Origin: the human T2T-CHM13v2.0 reference genome, Homo sapiens
Length of the DNA stretch: 64,000 nucleotides
NCBI RefSeq assembly: GCF_009914755.1
Contig: NC_060930.1
Direction: 5' to 3' (one strand)
The notes below the pieces were generated by a model. The model did no database searches, was not told where the DNA came from, and saw only the letters and a program-made list of their open reading frames with translations. The translations under genes were made by a program, and so were the position numbers. Below are positions 59,301 through 64,000 of this stretch, one piece after another (position 1 is the first letter of the stretch; each line of letters begins with the position of its first letter).

Positions 59301-62154
59301 TAATAATTATGATTCACCTTTATGATAAGAATAGGTCTAGTATGTTTTATTGTGTATCCCTCCTAACAAGTCTGGAATCAATTTGATGGATTTTTGACTT
59401 TTACATCCTCAAAGATCTATTGGCCGACTCAAAAATTTTGGGAAAACAAAGTCAGAATTAGTGGTTCTGTTGAAGTTTCCTCTGTGGATGTCAGGATTTG
59501 GATTACTTCCCTAAGGGTCATTTCTCCAGGATTTGGCAAATTAAAGTCAAACACATTTATATCAAAATCTAAGTCGGCTAAATTGTGGTACATATGGGAA
59601 ACTGAGAAGGAATTTTGCCTGTATCTTTAATTGGAACTACATTCAATTATCATTCTTACACATCATTCTTGAGCTAGATAGCATCATATCCTCCACAAGC
59701 ATTAAGGTTTGCTCTCTGAACAATGAAAATTATATAACCCAAAATGTCTGCCCAACCCCCTGCTGTATTTTTCACTTGATTGCAAAAAGAATTATAAGCT
59801 AAATTTAGCCATCAAAACAGTAACTTATCATAATTGTCTACTCTGTCCATTTTTCATCTTTTAAATTGAGTTTGAATTTTTTTCTTTTTTCTCTTCCTAT
59901 TAAAATTCAGCCTTCGCTTAAAAATTTCCAAGTCTGACTATTCACATAAGTGGAATAATAATATTATGGGGCTAAAAGAACTAACAATCCTAAGAATTTT
60001 AGCAGTTTATTCAAACTGTCTTTTTTATACATACTACATACCTTGGGATTATAGACAAGCTGAAATTACCTTTTACTATCCTGTGTATAAACAATTAAGA
60101 CACAGGTAATGATAACACACCAAGGAGAATTTAGATATCCATTTGTATCATTTTGTTCTAATGAAAAAAAATATATACTGTGAAACTTTATTGGGATAGC
60201 ACTCAATGCAATCTTCGAGTTTGGACATCAAGATCAGTAACAGACATAAATTTTAGGACAATGTCACTCAGAGTACAGATGCCGAAGAAAGAACTCTAGA
60301 AGCACAGATGTCCAGTGGTAGGCATAACAACCTATTTTATTTTCACTTATAGTTGACTTGTATTTTCTGACTAGATGCCCTTAAGTCTCTTTCTTTAGCT
60401 TTGTAATTTAGTAACTTCAATAGAGGATGTCTTGGAATTGAGCTCTTCCAATTTTTTCTTTGAGCTCTTCCAATTTTTTCAGTTACGTCCTTTTCATCTG
60501 CAGATTCAAGTAATTCCAAGTTTCAGAAAACTTTTCTCTAGTTTTTCTGTTGCCTTTGTTCCCTCCCCTTCTTCAGGATTTCTAACTATGCATAATTGGA
60601 TGCTCCTTTGTCTCTCTTTCTAGATACACCTTCTCTCATTAATTTTTATATACTTAGTTATTTTTCAGTCACGTTTCTTCCTCTTCTTTTTCCCTCCTCC
60701 TCCTTCTCCTATATCTTCTCTTCCTCTTCTTCTTCTTCCTTTCTATTCACTTCTAATGGCACTTTAATCTCTTTAATGGCTTTTTCTCTTTCATTTATTT
60801 TCTGAAGTTTTTCAAGTTTGCTTTTCTTTGTCTTGTAATCTTTTTCTTTGGGCTCTTCTATAATATTAAGCTATTTTTTAAAAAACAAAGATTGTCTTTA
60901 AATAACATACTTAAGATTATGAAGAACAAGCCCTGTGCTCTCTGATTTAATCAGCCTTCAGATGTATGTTCCTTAGCCCTGACACCTACTCCATATATAT
61001 AAATAGGTTGTGGGATGTTTTCTTTCTGATAATTTTATCTTTGAACATGACTATCCCTTTCCTAAAGAGTAGCCTAGAGGATAGGTGAGGAAATATTCAT
61101 ATTGGGTTTACATCCTGAATACTTTTACATTACATCTGTTATGTCTTTAGCCTCAAGAGCATAAACTTTCCTCAATATTTCACATGAATAGGTCTGGGAT
61201 GGCTCACAGTTAAGTCCCTTAAATAACAAACTCCCTGAACCCCACTCACCAAAGGCCATCTTCTTTGGCATGAGCCTACATCACTGATCATAAAAATGGC
61301 TTGTATTTAAGGTTTCTTCTTTGGATCCACCTTCTATAGTTAGAATGAATATCTATATAACATTCCCAGAGTCTTCCTCCATACTTGCCTGTGTTTCAGA
61401 TCTCATCACTCTAACCAAAAGATCATTGGATTTGCATTTGAGAATTGTGACCCTTTCTTTAAAGGGAAACTCTATCCTGCCTGAGGTTGGAGGACATATG
61501 AGTTGGCTCTCAGCACCCTCTCTCACCATAAGTCAAATTCATAGTATTTGGCAGGTTTTCTCATAGTTTGAGGTTATGGCTATTTCCTTGTTTCACTGAA
61601 GATGGCTTTTTTCTCCTCTCTTTCATTTTTTGTTGCTGTTGTTGGTGAATGTCAATAATACTGAATAGAGTAAAAGTGACTTTCATATGCTATGTTTAAT
61701 TCGAGATGAGAACTTTAAAGATCAGAAGAAACTCTGGGACTAAATTTTATAGCCAAAAGACTATTCTTTTAATAATGTATATGGAGTATATAAATCTTAA
61801 AATTCTAATAATAGCTGTTCCATACCACTCATTTATTTTAATCGATGTTTTAGAACAAATCTCATGGTTCATGTAATACCATTAAATCAGGTTAGATCAG
61901 AATGCAAACTGTGTTATAACACAGAAGTGCTATTTAAAGAACACTGTATATTTCTCATGTATTTCATATATAAAATATAAGAACAAGAAAGAAATGCTTG
62001 TCATATAGTAAGTGCTCAAAATTAAAGTTTCTTTTCTTCTATACCTAGTAGGTATGTATAATAGATAAGAAAAGAGGTTAGAATTGTCAATATATCTTTT
62101 ACTAAGGCTTCTAGCTACTTATCAGGGCCTAATAAGAAGAAAATGCTATTCTTA

Positions 62155-62293
62155 TTTATTTATTTATTTATTTATTTGAGGTGGAGTCGCACTATGTTAC
62201 CCAGGCTGGCCTCAAACTCCTGGGCTCAAGCAATCCTCCTGCCTCAGCCTTCTGAGCAGCTAGGATTAAAGGTGAGAGCCACTGCGCCCTGCT
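62155..62293 (-). mobile_element. FLAM (free left Alu monomer)
   Basis: Single ~115-bp monomer with (TTTA)n tail. TSD ATGCTATTCTTA at 62143-62154 and 62298-62309. Confidence 0.88.
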
Positions 62294-62783
62294 AAACATG
62301 CTATTCTTACTGTAATAAGATCAAGGCCAAAATATAGTTTGCCTGTTGTATATTTTGCTCTAACCAGGTTCACAAATTTTATAACAAACTTGCTAATTAT
62401 ATATAACTAACATATCTTTCAAACAAAAATTTGTGAGGATGTGTTAGTCAGTATCCCTTTAATGATTTTGGAACTAATTGAAACCAAAATCCTCTTGTTT
62501 TCCACACACATCCCACAAGGAGATTGGGGCTTAAAGTTGTGTTAACAAACACAATCACACAATAAAGCTACTCCTTCCTTCCTGCCCTATCCTTATGTTA
62601 TTAGACAACACGTCCAAGAACAGCTGTTCCTATAACTCACATAAACCTATTAACCCCCACTCACACCCTGTCTCCCAATTATTTGCACTTCCACAAGGTC
62701 ATACAACTTACTCCAAAAGTTTGCTAATGTGCAAAGCCTGAGAGCTTACAAAGCACATCAGCATAACTCAGATAAATCTAGTA

Positions 62784-63135
62784 CACATGCTCCACGGTTT
62801 ATGACATGGGGTTATGTTCCCACAAACCCATCATAAATGGAAAATACCATAAGTTGAAAATGCATTTAATACACCTAACCTACTGAACATCATACCTTAG
62901 CCTAGCCTACCTTCAACGTGCGCAGAACACTTATATTAGCCTACAGTTGGGCAAAATCATCTTGCACAAACCTTATTTTATAATGAAGTGTTGAATATCT
63001 CATATAATTTATTGAAGACTGTACTGAAAGTGAAAAACAGAATCATTGTATGACAACTTGAAGTACAGTTTCTACTGCATGCATATCACTTTCGCACCAT
63101 TTAAAGCTGAAAAATTGTAAGTTGGGGAGTGTCTG
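62784..63135. mobile_element. MER47A-like TcMar-Tigger MITE
   Basis: TA|CACATGCTCC...GGAGTGTCTG|TA termini with TA TSD. Internal 'aatgcatttaatacacctaacctac...cttagcctagcctacctt'. Confidence 0.85.
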
Positions 63136-63559
63136 TATGTCTTTTATTTCAAGCAAAGAATTAGGTATAAAGACCTCTAATCCCTCTTGGGGAAATTATT
63201 TATAAATCCCATAAACTTTGTTGATAGGCTAATTATTTGGAAAGTAACCTCTTTCAAAAGATTTGAAGTATCACACACACACACAAAATGTTGAAGTCAT
63301 CTGTGATGTTCTCAGTACTCACTAATAGGCACAGTGTACCATAAAATCACTTTCAATTCTGGGCCTGACATTGGAGGTCTTATTGCCTGAAATCACCAGG
63401 TCTTCCTCTCTCATGAATTCCACAAAACAGTTAATCAGTAACTGATGACCTACTAGTTGCCAGGTGCTGAGAGAATAGAGATGAACAAGACGAAAGTCTT
63501 GTCTTTAAATAGTTGCCAGCTAAGAACTCCAGGGCCTGTCCAAATGTTATTTAATTCAA

Positions 63560-63700
63560 TTGTTTCTATATCCCTAGAAGGTGGGTATTATTATGCCCAT
63601 TTTACAGGTTAGAAAGTACAGTTTAGACCAGTTAAGTGACTTGTCCAAGGACACACACTTGGCAAAGGGTGGAGCCAGGGGTAGAAAAGAAGGTCTCCAA
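63560..63700 (-). mobile_element. MIR SINE fragment
   Basis: 'gtattattatgcccattttacagg...gttaagtgacttgtccaagg'. Confidence 0.7.
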
Positions 63701-64000
63701 AGCTCATGCTCTTCAGCACTACTTGGCGGGGATGGCAGGAGATGGTGAAGAAACCACAGAGTAGAACCAACACTGACTGGAGGAAGTCACCTGACCATTC
63801 ACGTGGGAAAGGAAGCCAGGCGGAAAGAAAGCAAGCTGCCCACCCAGGGGACCCCGGACTTTCCCAAAGTCGGCACCGAGTGTTCCTTTCTCACCAAAGG
63901 TCCCCTGCAAGCAGTTTCACAGCAAATGTTTTATACCAGATACAGCATATTATTGCTCCAGAATCCATCCAGGTCAATAACTACACCAGGTAATACCTAT

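Overview
Eukaryotic, primate (almost certainly human) intronic DNA that is AT-rich and CpG-poor. The window covers the middle of a kinesin gene on the minus strand, which I recognise as KIF6. It contains five canonical GT-AG coding exons (50620-50826, 40826-40969, 39463-39549, 32615-32718, 135-240). They splice in frame and encode the C-terminal half of the motor domain (switch I 'NQASTRSH', switch II 'LVDLAGSER', 'HIPYRNS') and the neck/coiled coil. The ~32 kb intron contains a decayed, near full-length E2F4 processed pseudogene on the opposite strand (8350-10653), itself interrupted by an Alu. The rest is transposon-derived or unassigned: 16 Alus plus a FLAM (most with readable TSDs), L1 fragments including one 5'-inverted copy, L2/MIR, a THE1 solo LTR, MER1B, MER47A-like, MER53 and microsatellites. 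Nearly all ORFs in the track are spurious. I see no prokaryote-type novel system. The best leads are (i) a candidate in-frame alternative last exon of KIF6 (37999 to ~37730) with a splice acceptor, stop, AATAAA and GU-rich element, which would give a motor-only isoform and is bracketed by inverted Alus, and (ii) the antisense E2F4 retrocopy inside a motile-cilia gene. Gene and repeat-family names and exon numbers come from memory, not from a database search.
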